From NCBI GenBank assembly GCA_963664825.1, contig OY761614.1:1376001-1440000 (forward strand): DNA of 64,000 nt, in the 5' to 3' direction. How positions within the stretch are numbered: the first letter of the stretch is position 1; every line of letters starts with the position of its first letter. The notes under the pieces are model-generated. The model did no database searches. It saw only the letters and a program-made list of their open reading frames with translations, and had not been told where the DNA came from. Positions 34,491 to 44,154 of the stretch are shown in pieces. Origin of the DNA: an uncultured Holophaga sp. Lineage in GTDB: Bacteria > Acidobacteriota > Holophagae > Holophagales > Holophagaceae. Position numbers and translations under genes: made by a program.

Positions 34491-34774
34491 GCGATGAGGA
34501 AGTGAGGTCCGCCCTGGATTCCATGGAGCAGATGCTTCAGGGGGAACCCATGGATGCGGAGGCCATCGCGGCCTGGCGGCAGCGCTATGCCGCGGCCCTG
34601 GCTACTGCGGAAAAAGGGGAAGGGTGGTCCGAAACCACAGCCCGTGCCCGAGGTTTAGCGGAGCAACTCCACGCTGCCGTGAAAGTCCTTTCCCTTCGAA
34701 AAGCCGCGCTGCAAAAAGCGCAGGGCCTCCAGGCTCAGGGTGCCCGCGCCCTCAAGGGCTATCGACCCTATTGA
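34487..34774 (+). CDS. Small helical protein, positionally FliT-like
   Basis: Overlaps the fliS stop; 95 aa, helical, ends ALKGY. Confidence 0.5.
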   Translation: MSDEEVRSALDSMEQMLQGEPMDAEAIAAWRQRYAAALATAEKGEGWSETTARARGLAEQLHAAVKVLSLRKAALQKAQGLQAQGARALKGYRPY

Positions 34775-36234
34775 CCGCCCCCTAGATCAGCAAGGACTCG
34801 TTGGATCACGGATCCCCAGTCGCCGGGGCTGGGTTGACGGTAGATCTGCAGGTTCGGATACCAGGGGCTATCCTCCCGGTGGAGCATCCATCGGAAATCC
34901 GGTTGGAAGGGCAACAGGAGCAGGGTTGGAATGCCCAGGGCCCCAGCCAGATGGACCAGGACCGTGTCTACCGTGACCACCAGATCCATGCCGCTGAGGG
35001 CATAGGCGGTATCTGAAAAATTACTGAGCAGCGGAGCCAGGGAGGCCCAATTCCTCAAGGGTGGCTGCTCGGCCTGACCCAGTTGGAAACTGTGCCAATA
35101 AACGCCTGGAAGGCCGTCCAATGGACGGAGATCCTCCGGAGGAATGGATCGCTTGGCATCCCCTTTGTGATCGGGATTCCCCGCCCAGACCAACCCGACG
35201 CGAGCACCTCCATCAAAAGTTGCCAGGATTTCCTGGATGCTGTCCCGGTTCGGCACGCGCTCTGGCACATCCAGATAGGGCACGGCCCCAGGGATGCTCG
35301 CCAGGGTCGTCCGAAAGATCGCAGGCAGAGACATTAGGGACACCTGGAGATCGAAGGGCGGCAGTTCCGCGCCCTCTGGGATCACCCGATCCACCCCTGA
35401 GCAGGTGGCCACCAGATCCGCCAGTGGCGGCTGCACCATCAAGATGACCGTGCCCCCCAGAACCTTCACCAGGGGCAGGTACCGAATGAACATGAGCGTG
35501 TCCCCGAAGCCCTGTTCGAAGTGGACCAAGAGCGTTCGCCCTCGGAAGGGTTCGCCGTTCCAACGGGGCTCTGTGAAATTTCGTGGAGGCGTGATGCGAC
35601 CTGGCACCCTCAGCCGGGATTCGGACTGGATCCAGCCCTGGGGCATCTCTCCGAACATCAGCTGCATGTGGCTTCGCTCGTACTCAGCCTCGGGACCGGA
35701 GAACACATCCAACTGGCGCTCCATGTCCTTGCGGAGTTCGGTCCAATCACCCTGCCAGATGTAGATGTTGTTCAAGCGGCGCCGTGCCATTTCATGGGAA
35801 GGCTGACCTTCCAGGAGTCGCTCCAGGATGGCACGGGCGCCTCCCAGATCCTTCGTCTTGACCAGAACATCGGCCATCACCAGCTGGGCATCCACATTCC
35901 GGGGATCCCTGGCCAACACGCATCGACTCAGGAATCCGGCCTCGTCCACCCTCTCCAGCTGCAACAAGGCATGAGCCAGGTTCACCATCGCCGAAGAGTG
36001 ATATGGATCGAGACCCAGGGCCGTCCGACAGGATTTTTCGGCTTCATCCAGGCGGCCCATCACCAGCAGCAGGCCTCCGTAGTCCGCCCAGCCTTCCGCA
36101 TGGCCAGGCTCCACCTCCAGGAACGCGCGATAGGCCTTCCGGGCCTCCTCCTGGCGCCCAGCCCTATCCAGCGCCTGTGCCTTGGCAAGCATCTCGATAT
36201 GCGGCGAACAGGGGAGGGAAGGCCTCTCCGACAT
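34768..36234 (-). CDS. TPR + GT-B (GT9-like) glycosyltransferase, paralogue 5
   Basis: TPR repeats; EQGFGD, GLVWAGNP, FSDTAYALSGMDLVVTVDT, DSPWYP. Confidence 0.85.
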   Translation of the reverse strand: MSERPSLPCSPHIEMLAKAQALDRAGRQEEARKAYRAFLEVEPGHAEGWADYGGLLLVMGRLDEAEKSCRTALGLDPYHSSAMVNLAHALLQLERVDEAGFLSRCVLARDPRNVDAQLVMADVLVKTKDLGGARAILERLLEGQPSHEMARRRLNNIYIWQGDWTELRKDMERQLDVFSGPEAEYERSHMQLMFGEMPQGWIQSESRLRVPGRITPPRNFTEPRWNGEPFRGRTLLVHFEQGFGDTLMFIRYLPLVKVLGGTVILMVQPPLADLVATCSGVDRVIPEGAELPPFDLQVSLMSLPAIFRTTLASIPGAVPYLDVPERVPNRDSIQEILATFDGGARVGLVWAGNPDHKGDAKRSIPPEDLRPLDGLPGVYWHSFQLGQAEQPPLRNWASLAPLLSNFSDTAYALSGMDLVVTVDTVLVHLAGALGIPTLLLLPFQPDFRWMLHREDSPWYPNLQIYRQPSPGDWGSVIQRVLADLGGGQ

Positions 36235-37422
36235 CTAGGCACTCTCCATCAAGTCGCCCAGCACCTCCTGAATCACGGAATTCCAATCCCCCGGAATACT
36301 CTGTCGGTAGATCCGAAGGGTCGGATACCAGGGGCTATCCTCCCGGTAGAGCATCCACCGAAAGTCCGGCTGGAAATGCACCAGCAGAAGGGTCGGGATA
36401 CCCATGGCGCCGGCGAGATGAGCCAGGGCCGTATCCACGGTGATCACCAGGTCCATGCCGCTGAGGGCATAGGCCGTATCCGAGAAGGATTGCAGCGCTG
36501 GCGCGAGTGGGACGATACCAGGCAGGGGTGCGTCGGCCAGGACCCCGAACTGGAAACTGTGCCAGGCCGCCCCGGGGATTGCCCCCAGGGGTTCCAACGC
36601 CTTGCGCGGAATGGATCTCTCCTTGTCCCGGGCATGATTGGGACTGCCAGCCCAGGCACACCCGATCCGAAGTTTCCCCTGGGAAGCTACAAGAGCTCTG
36701 GCGATGCGATCCCGGTTGGGCACCCGCTCCGGCACATCCAGGTAGGGGATTGCCGCCGGAATCGTGCCCAACTCCGTCCGGAAGACATGGGGTAGGGAAG
36801 GCAGTGGAAGCTGAAGATCAAAATCCGGAAGGGGAGCTCCCTCCGCAATGACTTCGTCGAACCCCACACAGGTGGCAATCACGTCCGCCAGCGGTTTCTG
36901 GGCAAGCAAAATCACCCGCCCCCCCAGGGCCTTCACCATCGGCGCGTAGCGGGCAAACATGAAGGTATCGCCAAAGCCCTGTTCGAAGTGCAGGAGCAGC
37001 GTCCTACCCGGAAAGAGTTCTCCCTGCCAACGAGGCTGCGCGAAGGCTCGCTTGGGCTTCACCTTCCCAGGGATCCGAAGCCTGGATTCATACTGGTCCC
37101 ATCCCTTGGGCATCTCGCCGAAGAGCAGGCTCAAGTAGCCGCGCTCGTACTCGGCCACGTCAGCGGGGTACTTTTTCTTCAAGATATCCCGCTCCATTTC
37201 GGAACGAAGACCCAGCCAGTTGATTTCCCGAATATAAAGAGCCGCCCTGACCCCGTGGGCCTGAGCATGATCCGGGTCCAACGCAAGGGCGGCCTGAATC
37301 GCCTCTCCCGCCTGGTCCAATTCCCCTTCGGCCAGGAAACGCTGAGCCTGGCCGATGAGTCCCTCGAGACCCGTGGCAATGGCCTGCTGCCCCTTGAGGT
37401 TTTTCGCTGGATGCGGATTCAC
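36235..37422 (-). CDS. TPR + GT-B (GT9-like) glycosyltransferase, paralogue 4 (fewer TPRs)
   Basis: Same motif set; about 90 aa shorter N-terminal TPR region. Confidence 0.85.
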   Translation of the reverse strand: MNPHPAKNLKGQQAIATGLEGLIGQAQRFLAEGELDQAGEAIQAALALDPDHAQAHGVRAALYIREINWLGLRSEMERDILKKKYPADVAEYERGYLSLLFGEMPKGWDQYESRLRIPGKVKPKRAFAQPRWQGELFPGRTLLLHFEQGFGDTFMFARYAPMVKALGGRVILLAQKPLADVIATCVGFDEVIAEGAPLPDFDLQLPLPSLPHVFRTELGTIPAAIPYLDVPERVPNRDRIARALVASQGKLRIGCAWAGSPNHARDKERSIPRKALEPLGAIPGAAWHSFQFGVLADAPLPGIVPLAPALQSFSDTAYALSGMDLVITVDTALAHLAGAMGIPTLLLVHFQPDFRWMLYREDSPWYPTLRIYRQSIPGDWNSVIQEVLGDLMESA

Positions 37423-37452
37423 ATTTCACCTTTCATGACATCCGTTTCGGAA

Positions 37453-38913
37453 TTATGCCTCGGGCTCACTCAGATCCCGAAGGATATCCCCGATGACTGA
37501 TGCCCAATCCCCAGGGCGAGGCTGGCGGTAGATCCGCATCGCGGGATACCAGGGACTATCTGAACGCCCCAACATCCAACGCCAATCAGGGAGGTAGGAG
37601 ATCAGGAGCAGCGTAGGAATACCCAGAGCCCCAGCGAGATGGGCCAAGGCAGTATCCACCGTGATCACTAGGTCCATGCCACTGAGGGCGTAGGCGGTGT
37701 CCGAGAAGTTGTTCAACAAGGGGCCCAGGGAAATGAGGTTGGAAACCGAAGGGAGTTCCCTCACCCCTGGCTGGAGGACACACCAAGTCACATTGGGCAG
37801 AACATCGAGGGGTGCGAGGAGTTCAAGAGGGATGGAGCGCTGGGAATCCCTGACATGGGCGGAGCTACCAGCCCAAGAAAGCCCCACCCGCGTCTGGCCC
37901 TGGGAAGGCACTAGGATCTCAGCAATCCCTTCCCGGTTTGGCACATGTTCCGGAATACCCAAATAGGGAACCTCGGCAGGAATGGAATCGAGGTCTGTTT
38001 GAAACACTCTCGGAAGGCTGAGCAAGGGCAGATGGAAATCGAAGCCCGGCAGGGGAGCTCCTTCGGGGATAACCTCATCCACCCCGGGACAAGTCCCCAT
38101 TAGATCCTTCAACTCTGCCTGGGCCAGCAATAGGACTCTCCCGCCACGGCGCTTCACCATGGATGCGTAACGCACGAACATCAGGGTGTCGCCCAATCCC
38201 TGTTCACAGTGCAACAACAGAGTCTGACCCTCGAAAGATTGCCCGTTCCAGAGCGGCTGGGGAAATTCCCGTTTTAAGGCTTCGACGCCCGGAAGCTCCC
38301 AGCGGGACTCCTGTTGTTCCCAGCCCTCGGCCGTGGCCCCAAAAGCGAGATTCACGCAGCTTCGCTCCCATTCCGCCTGGGCACCGATATAATCAGTGTT
38401 CACGCGGCGGAGCATCTCTAGGCGCAAGGCTGGCCAGTCCTCCTGCTGGATGAGGACCTGGATGAGCAGATGAGTGACCATCGGATTGCCGGGCGCCTGC
38501 GCCGCAGCCCGTTCCAGGACAGACCGAGCCTGCGCCAAGTGGTTTCGCTGCATCAAGGACCACGCCAGATCCAAGCGGGCTTCCAATCTCTCAGGAACCG
38601 CCGCCAGCAACCGTTCAAACAGGGCCCCAGATTCCTCCCAGTGACCCAATCTGTGATGAGCCTTCGCGAGATTGGCCAGGATGCGAGGATTGTTCGGATC
38701 CATTCCAAGGGCTCTGGCAAGGGCCTCTCGGGCATCCTCAAGTCGATTCATGGAGAGCAGCAGGTCACCATACTCGGCCCAGGCTTCGAACATTTCCGGA
38801 TGGAGCATCAACAGATTCCGATAAGCCGCGAGGGTCCGAGGGTCTTTGCCCAAACACCCCTGGACCCGGACTTTTTCAAGCATCTCCCAAGGGGTTTCAG
38901 GAACGTCCATCAT
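37453..38913 (-). CDS. TPR + GT-B (GT9-like) glycosyltransferase, paralogue 3
   Basis: EQGLGD, WAGS, FSDTAYALSGMDLVITVDT; start overlaps the stop of paralogue 2. Confidence 0.85.
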   Translation of the reverse strand: MMDVPETPWEMLEKVRVQGCLGKDPRTLAAYRNLLMLHPEMFEAWAEYGDLLLSMNRLEDAREALARALGMDPNNPRILANLAKAHHRLGHWEESGALFERLLAAVPERLEARLDLAWSLMQRNHLAQARSVLERAAAQAPGNPMVTHLLIQVLIQQEDWPALRLEMLRRVNTDYIGAQAEWERSCVNLAFGATAEGWEQQESRWELPGVEALKREFPQPLWNGQSFEGQTLLLHCEQGLGDTLMFVRYASMVKRRGGRVLLLAQAELKDLMGTCPGVDEVIPEGAPLPGFDFHLPLLSLPRVFQTDLDSIPAEVPYLGIPEHVPNREGIAEILVPSQGQTRVGLSWAGSSAHVRDSQRSIPLELLAPLDVLPNVTWCVLQPGVRELPSVSNLISLGPLLNNFSDTAYALSGMDLVITVDTALAHLAGALGIPTLLLISYLPDWRWMLGRSDSPWYPAMRIYRQPRPGDWASVIGDILRDLSEPEA

Positions 38914-40382
38914 GCTTCGCCCTGGCCCAAATCCCGAAGGATCTCCCCAATGACCGATTCCCAATCCCCGGGCCGGGGCTGCCGGTAGATCCGCATCGTG
39001 GGGTACCAAGGGCTATCCGATCGCTCCAACAACCACCTCCAATCGGGGAAGAAGGGAAGCATCAGGAGGGTCGGAATCCCCAGAGCCCCGGCCGCATGGG
39101 CCAGGGCCGTATCCACGGTAATCACTAGATCCATGCCGCTGAGGGCGTAGGCCGTGTCTGAAAAATTGCTCAACAACGGGGCCAGGGAAACGCTGGGAAG
39201 AGGCAACACCTCTGTCTCCGGCAGCTGGAAGCTATGCCAAGCAACCCCTGGCAACTCTGCCAGGGGGGCCAACAGACTGGGAGCAATGGATCGCCTCTTG
39301 TCGTTTCGGAAGGCCGAATTCCCTGCCCAGGCATAGCCGATTCTCGTTCGGCCTTCGGAGGCCGCGAGGACCTGGGCCAGCCACTCACGGTTGGGCACAC
39401 GCCCGGGCACGTCGAGATAGGGGATATTGCCGGGAATTTCATCCAGGCTGGTACGGAATACCCTGGGAAGAGAGAGCAGCGATAAATGGAAGTCGAAGGA
39501 GGGAAGCGGATCCCCATAGGCCACCACCTGGTCCACCCCTGGGCAAGTGCCAACCAGATCCACAAGCGGCGCCTGGACCACCACAACCACTTGGCCGCCT
39601 CGAGCCTTGGCGAGAGGGGCGAAGCGAATGAACATCAGGGTGTCACCGAAGCCTTGTTCCCAGTGGAGGAGTACGGTTTTCCCCGGAAACGGTTCCCCAT
39701 CCCAAACGGGCTGTTGGGATGGACCTAACTTGAATTTGAACTGGCGCAAAACTTGGAAACGTACCTCGTACTGCTCCCATCCCAGCGGTAGCTTCCCGAA
39801 TCTCAGATTCAGATAACTCTGCTCCAACAGCGCCTCGGGGCATCCCGGCATGGCCCTCAATCGGCGCTCTATCTCCGCCCCCAGGGCCTCCCAATCACCC
39901 CGACTGGAATGGAGATAGGCCAAATTATTAAAGGCTTCAAAATTATCAGGCTGCCGGGACAGAATCATTTCCAAGTGTTTGAGGGCATCCTCTGGATCCC
40001 CTTTCCTGATGAGACATTCGGAAAGATCTACTTCCGCATCGATCCGTCGCAGATTCGCGGCCAGGATCTGCCGGAATATGTGCTCGGCCTCCTCCAGGCG
40101 TTCCTGTTTCAGTCTCGTACAACCGAGGTTGATTTGGGCTTCAGGATGAGCGGCATCCATTCCTAAGGCCCTTTCGCAAGCCTTGGAGGCCTCATCCAGG
40201 CGGTTCATGTTCAGCAACAGACCTCCCAGATCCGCCCAGGCCCCCACGCAGGAGGGCTGGACTACCAGGAAATGTCGATAGGCTTCAAGGGCTTCCGCGG
40301 TACGGCCAGCTCGTTGCAAAGCCTGGGCCTCCTCCCATTGGGCCCATCGGTCATGCGCCACAATCATCCCCTTCTTATCCAA
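38910..40382 (-). CDS. TPR + GT-B (GT9-like) glycosyltransferase, paralogue 2
   Basis: EQGFGD, WAGN, FSDTAYALSGMDLVITVDT; start uncertain. Confidence 0.85.
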   Translation of the reverse strand: MDKKGMIVAHDRWAQWEEAQALQRAGRTAEALEAYRHFLVVQPSCVGAWADLGGLLLNMNRLDEASKACERALGMDAAHPEAQINLGCTRLKQERLEEAEHIFRQILAANLRRIDAEVDLSECLIRKGDPEDALKHLEMILSRQPDNFEAFNNLAYLHSSRGDWEALGAEIERRLRAMPGCPEALLEQSYLNLRFGKLPLGWEQYEVRFQVLRQFKFKLGPSQQPVWDGEPFPGKTVLLHWEQGFGDTLMFIRFAPLAKARGGQVVVVVQAPLVDLVGTCPGVDQVVAYGDPLPSFDFHLSLLSLPRVFRTSLDEIPGNIPYLDVPGRVPNREWLAQVLAASEGRTRIGYAWAGNSAFRNDKRRSIAPSLLAPLAELPGVAWHSFQLPETEVLPLPSVSLAPLLSNFSDTAYALSGMDLVITVDTALAHAAGALGIPTLLMLPFFPDWRWLLERSDSPWYPTMRIYRQPRPGDWESVIGEILRDLGQGEA

Positions 40383-40427
40383 GAGAGTCCCGCCATTGGG
40401 TTCATTTCATCCTGTCATGCAAATCAC

Positions 40428-41882
40428 CTATATTCCATCCGTGAGGCCTCGCACCAGCTCGTTCATCACCGAATCCCAATCGCCCGGACTCGGCTGCCGG
40501 AAAATCCGCAAGGTGGGATACCAGGGACTGTCGTCCCGGTCCAGTAGCCATCGGAAATCCGGGACGTACGTCACCAAAAGCAGGGTGGGAATCCCCATGG
40601 CACCTGCAAGGTGGGCAAGCGCGGTATCCACGCTGATCACGAGGTCCATCCCGCTGAGCGCATAGGCCGTGTCGGAAAAATCACTCAAGAGAGGCGTCAG
40701 TGAGACGCAACCCGGCAAGGAGGGCTCGTCGGATTGCCCGATTTGGAAACTGTGCCAAGCCACATCCGGCACTGCCTCCAGACAGTTGAGGAGCGCCATC
40801 GGGAGCGAACGCTCCGCATCCCGAGCGTGGCCAGAATTGCCTGTCCAGACCAGACCAATACGAGTGCGGCCCTCAGAAGCGGCCAGGACCTCGGCAATGG
40901 GCCGACGATTGGGAACCTGAGGGGGAATTCCCACGTAGGGGATCTCCGACGGTATCGAGCCCAGGTCGGTTTGAAACACCCTCGGAAGTGAATACAGGGA
41001 AATCTGCAGATCAAAATGCGGTAGGGGGTCCCCTTGAGCAAGGACCTGATCCATACCCTGGCAGGTGGTCAGTAGGCCCGCGAGGGAAGGCTGGACCAGC
41101 AATAAGACCCTGCCCCCCCGCCCCTTCACCAGGGGCAGGAAGCGAACGAGCATCAAGGTGTCCCCGAACCCTTGTTCGTAGTGGACCAGCAGGGTCCTGT
41201 CGGCAAAGGGTTCCCCATTCCAGCAGGGCTCCACGAAATCCCGCTGTGGCGCCACACAACCTGGCACCCGAAGGCGAGCCTCCCACTGCTGCCAGCCGAG
41301 AGGCATGACGCCCTGGAGGAGGTTCGCGAAACCGCGCTCGAATTCCAGATAGGCCGAGAATGGGTCCTGCCTCTCGTAGCGCTGGAGTTCGGCTCCGAAC
41401 TCCGCCCATTGGCCCTGTCCGTAGAAGATTTGCCCCAAATACTGATGCGCCGACACATTTGCTGGATTCCCCTGGAGAACCTTCTCCAAGACTGTACGGG
41501 CCGCCTCCCAATCCTTTTTCCCTAGTAGGCATTTCGCCAAGGAGAGGCGAACCTCGACCCGGTCAGGCTCCACCGCGAGGACCTTCCTGAACAGCTCTTC
41601 AGCCTCGTCCAGCCGACCATGATGCAGGGAAACGCAGCCCAAATGGTATTGGGCCGATATCTGACCTGGATTCAGGGACAGGGCCTTGCGACAAGCCTTC
41701 AGGGCCTCATCGTAGCGTTGGAGCCCCAGCAAGATCCCCGCGAAATCCGTCCAGGCCAAAGCATCCAGCGGCTGAGCCTCCAGATACCTCACGAAGGCTT
41801 GGGCTATTTCCTCAGATTCACCGCCCTGTAGAGATTCCCTGAGCAGGGCGAGCAACCTAAGAGCCTTAGCCTTCACACTCAC
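40428..41882 (-). CDS. TPR + GT-B (GT9-like) glycosyltransferase, paralogue 1
   Basis: EQGFGD, WTGN, FSDTAYALSGMDLVISVDT; GTG 41876 fits the GAGGAG SD better than 41882. Confidence 0.85.
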   Translation of the reverse strand: MSVKAKALRLLALLRESLQGGESEEIAQAFVRYLEAQPLDALAWTDFAGILLGLQRYDEALKACRKALSLNPGQISAQYHLGCVSLHHGRLDEAEELFRKVLAVEPDRVEVRLSLAKCLLGKKDWEAARTVLEKVLQGNPANVSAHQYLGQIFYGQGQWAEFGAELQRYERQDPFSAYLEFERGFANLLQGVMPLGWQQWEARLRVPGCVAPQRDFVEPCWNGEPFADRTLLVHYEQGFGDTLMLVRFLPLVKGRGGRVLLLVQPSLAGLLTTCQGMDQVLAQGDPLPHFDLQISLYSLPRVFQTDLGSIPSEIPYVGIPPQVPNRRPIAEVLAASEGRTRIGLVWTGNSGHARDAERSLPMALLNCLEAVPDVAWHSFQIGQSDEPSLPGCVSLTPLLSDFSDTAYALSGMDLVISVDTALAHLAGAMGIPTLLLVTYVPDFRWLLDRDDSPWYPTLRIFRQPSPGDWDSVMNELVRGLTDGI

Positions 41883-41890
41883 TCCTCATG

Positions 41891-41921
41891 TCCGCCTCTT
41901 TTGTCTCACAAAAAGGGCGGA
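41891..41921 (-). other. Intergenic stem-loop between fliD and the first TPR-glycosyltransferase
   Basis: TCCGCCTCTTTTGT-CTC-ACAAAAAGGGCGGA; no U-tail on the minus strand. Confidence 0.6.
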
Positions 41922-41945
41922 TGTGAGCGGGCTATCACCAAATCC

Positions 41946-43652
41946 TCAGCTCAAGAGAGAAGCGGCGGCTTTCATCTCGGTCATCGTCGACTCCATCTTG
42001 TCGAATTGCTCCTTGAGCGCGGCCTCCTTCTTGTCGAGGCGGGCCTGAGCCACCTCGATCTGGGTGGCCAAATTCGTGTTCTGGGCATCGATGCTGGCCC
42101 GAGTCTTTTCAATGGTTCCCGAGTACGAGGTGAGGCTCGAGATCAGGTCCTGCAGCTTCTGACCCACACCGCGGCTGATGGTCAACGTGCCGCTCCCAGA
42201 GGCCGTCACAGCCAGACTGAGCCCTTCCAGGGGGGTGCCGGTGGGCCCCAGGAGGGTGCCATTGGTCCCAGTCAGGCCACTGTACGTGGTCCCACCATAG
42301 GTCAACGAACCGCTCACGGCCCCGCCTGTCCCATAGGTCAGATCAAAATCTACGGCTCCCGTTGAGGTCGCAGTGGTGCCTGAACCGAAGGTGACGGTTC
42401 CATTGGTGGATGTGCCCGAGAAGGAGAACACCTTGCTTACGGCGTCGGGGTCCTTGTCCAGGGCCGCCTTGAACGCAGTGGTATCCAGGGTAAGGGTGCC
42501 ATCGGAGTTGGTCTTGAGGCCGATTTGCCCTGCGGACGTGAACGTGGCCGAGGAGGAGAGTCCATCCGCCCCACTGCCCAGAGTCGTCCGCAACTGGCTA
42601 ATGACCGAACGGGCCACGTAATCACCCGCGAGGGGACCCGATGTGGTGTCACCGGTGTCCGCATCCTTGGTGACGGTCGAAGCATCCTTGTAGGTCTTGA
42701 TGATTGCATTATACTTCGTGACCAGATCCTGGAGAGCAGTCGTTGCCGTCGCCTTATCCTGGGCCACCGTGAGCGTCGTGGCATTGGTGGCATCGCCCTT
42801 TTTTAGGGTGAAGGTGACGCCATCCACCACGTCCTTGACTGTGTTGGTCTGGCGGGTGAGGGCGATACCATTCACAGAAAAGAGCGCGTCCTGGGCGATG
42901 CCGCTGCTAGAAGAGGACAGGCCTCCACTCAACCCCGTGGGCGCAGCGATGGTCCCGGCCAAGGTTCCACTGGTGATGCCCAGGGAAGCAACCACCGTAG
43001 TGGCGGTATTGCCCGCATCCTCGTTATTGACGGCGGCCAACTCAACCACGCCCCCAGTCGTGCCCGTGCCTGTTTCCTTGGCGGTCACCACCAATTGGTA
43101 GGGGTTGGTTCCTGAGCCGGTATTGATGATCGAGGCCGTGACCCCGGCCCCGGAGGCGTTGATCGCATCCCGCAGCCCGTTGAGACTGTTATTAGTGAGT
43201 TTGAAGGCCTTGACGACACCATCCGTGCCTTTCACGGCAAAGCTTCCGCTAGTGCTGGTCAGGATGGCCGCATTGGGGTCCGAGACAACCATGTTGGTGG
43301 GCGTGGAACCCAACATGACGGGGCCCAATTTCCCCTTGGTGGCCACCTGGGTGACTTTTACCTCATAGCTGCCCGAGACTGCCCCGGTGGCAGTAGCGGT
43401 GGCATAGGTATTATCGGCATCCGTGCTGGAAACGGCCTTGGCATTGAGGGCATCGTAAACCTTGGCCATGCTGAGCGTGAGATCCGACAAACCCGTGCGC
43501 ATGGAATTTAGTGCAGTGGAACGTGCAGTGTTTGTGGTCTTGCGAGCCTTCAGGCGATCCATAGCCCCACTATCGGCCGAGATGATGGCCGCAACGAGCT
43601 TGTCCGTCTGGAGCCCAGAGGTTACGCCTTGGAAACTAAGGGCTGATGTCAT
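41946..43652 (-). CDS. fliD: Flagellar filament cap protein FliD
   Basis: GVTSGLQT..LV, Y.V.V.Q.A, LRDAIN, AQDA...NG, V..YN, L..QF..ME; lies downstream of flaG. Confidence 0.93.
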   Translation of the reverse strand: MTSALSFQGVTSGLQTDKLVAAIISADSGAMDRLKARKTTNTARSTALNSMRTGLSDLTLSMAKVYDALNAKAVSSTDADNTYATATATGAVSGSYEVKVTQVATKGKLGPVMLGSTPTNMVVSDPNAAILTSTSGSFAVKGTDGVVKAFKLTNNSLNGLRDAINASGAGVTASIINTGSGTNPYQLVVTAKETGTGTTGGVVELAAVNNEDAGNTATTVVASLGITSGTLAGTIAAPTGLSGGLSSSSSGIAQDALFSVNGIALTRQTNTVKDVVDGVTFTLKKGDATNATTLTVAQDKATATTALQDLVTKYNAIIKTYKDASTVTKDADTGDTTSGPLAGDYVARSVISQLRTTLGSGADGLSSSATFTSAGQIGLKTNSDGTLTLDTTAFKAALDKDPDAVSKVFSFSGTSTNGTVTFGSGTTATSTGAVDFDLTYGTGGAVSGSLTYGGTTYSGLTGTNGTLLGPTGTPLEGLSLAVTASGSGTLTISRGVGQKLQDLISSLTSYSGTIEKTRASIDAQNTNLATQIEVAQARLDKKEAALKEQFDKMESTMTEMKAAASLLS

Positions 43653-43691
43653 GACCCACCTCCATCCAGGACATAGACTCCTCGCGGAACC

Positions 43692-44084
43692 TCAGCCTTG
43701 TTTGTCCATCAGAACACCTGAAGCATCTTTGGTGCCATTTAGTTCCCGCAGTCTCTTAGCCATGGCCAGAACTTCTTCGGAAGGCACCTGACGAATCGTT
43801 TTCTGGGTCTTCGGATCTACCACCTTGAAGTAATACTCCCCGGTTTCCTTATCCACCCCAAACTCGAGATCCCTGGAGGATTGCTGCAGATATTCCTCTA
43901 CACTCTTGGCCGCCTCTCGGAGACTGTCCTCAGACATACCCACAGCCTGTTGATCCTCAGCCTTGGGCTTGGATTCAACAGGTCTAGCTTGAAGGGATTT
44001 TGACGGAGAGGTAACAGCGAGAGCCTGCAGTGTCTGGGCCATCCCCGACGCCAAGCCCCCCGTTGGGTCAACTTGAGCGGCCAT
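43692..44084 (-). CDS. flaG: FlaG-family protein
   Basis: LEFGVDKETG...KVVD..T..TIRQVPSEEVL, GVLMD. Confidence 0.92.
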   Translation of the reverse strand: MAAQVDPTGGLASGMAQTLQALAVTSPSKSLQARPVESKPKAEDQQAVGMSEDSLREAAKSVEEYLQQSSRDLEFGVDKETGEYYFKVVDPKTQKTIRQVPSEEVLAMAKRLRELNGTKDASGVLMDKQG

Positions 44085-44096
44085 GGAATTCCTCCT

Positions 44097-44146
44097 TATG
44101 ATGCATCATTGGGGACAGGCCTAGCCCGTCCCCAATGATGATCATA
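44097..44146 (-). other. Long stem-loop between flagellin and flaG (mRNA stabiliser or partial terminator)
   Basis: Perfect 13-bp stem CATCATTGGGGAC/GTCCCCAATGATG (44104-44140), extended by TATGAT/ATCATA. Confidence 0.75.
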
Positions 44147-44154
44147 AAACCCGG

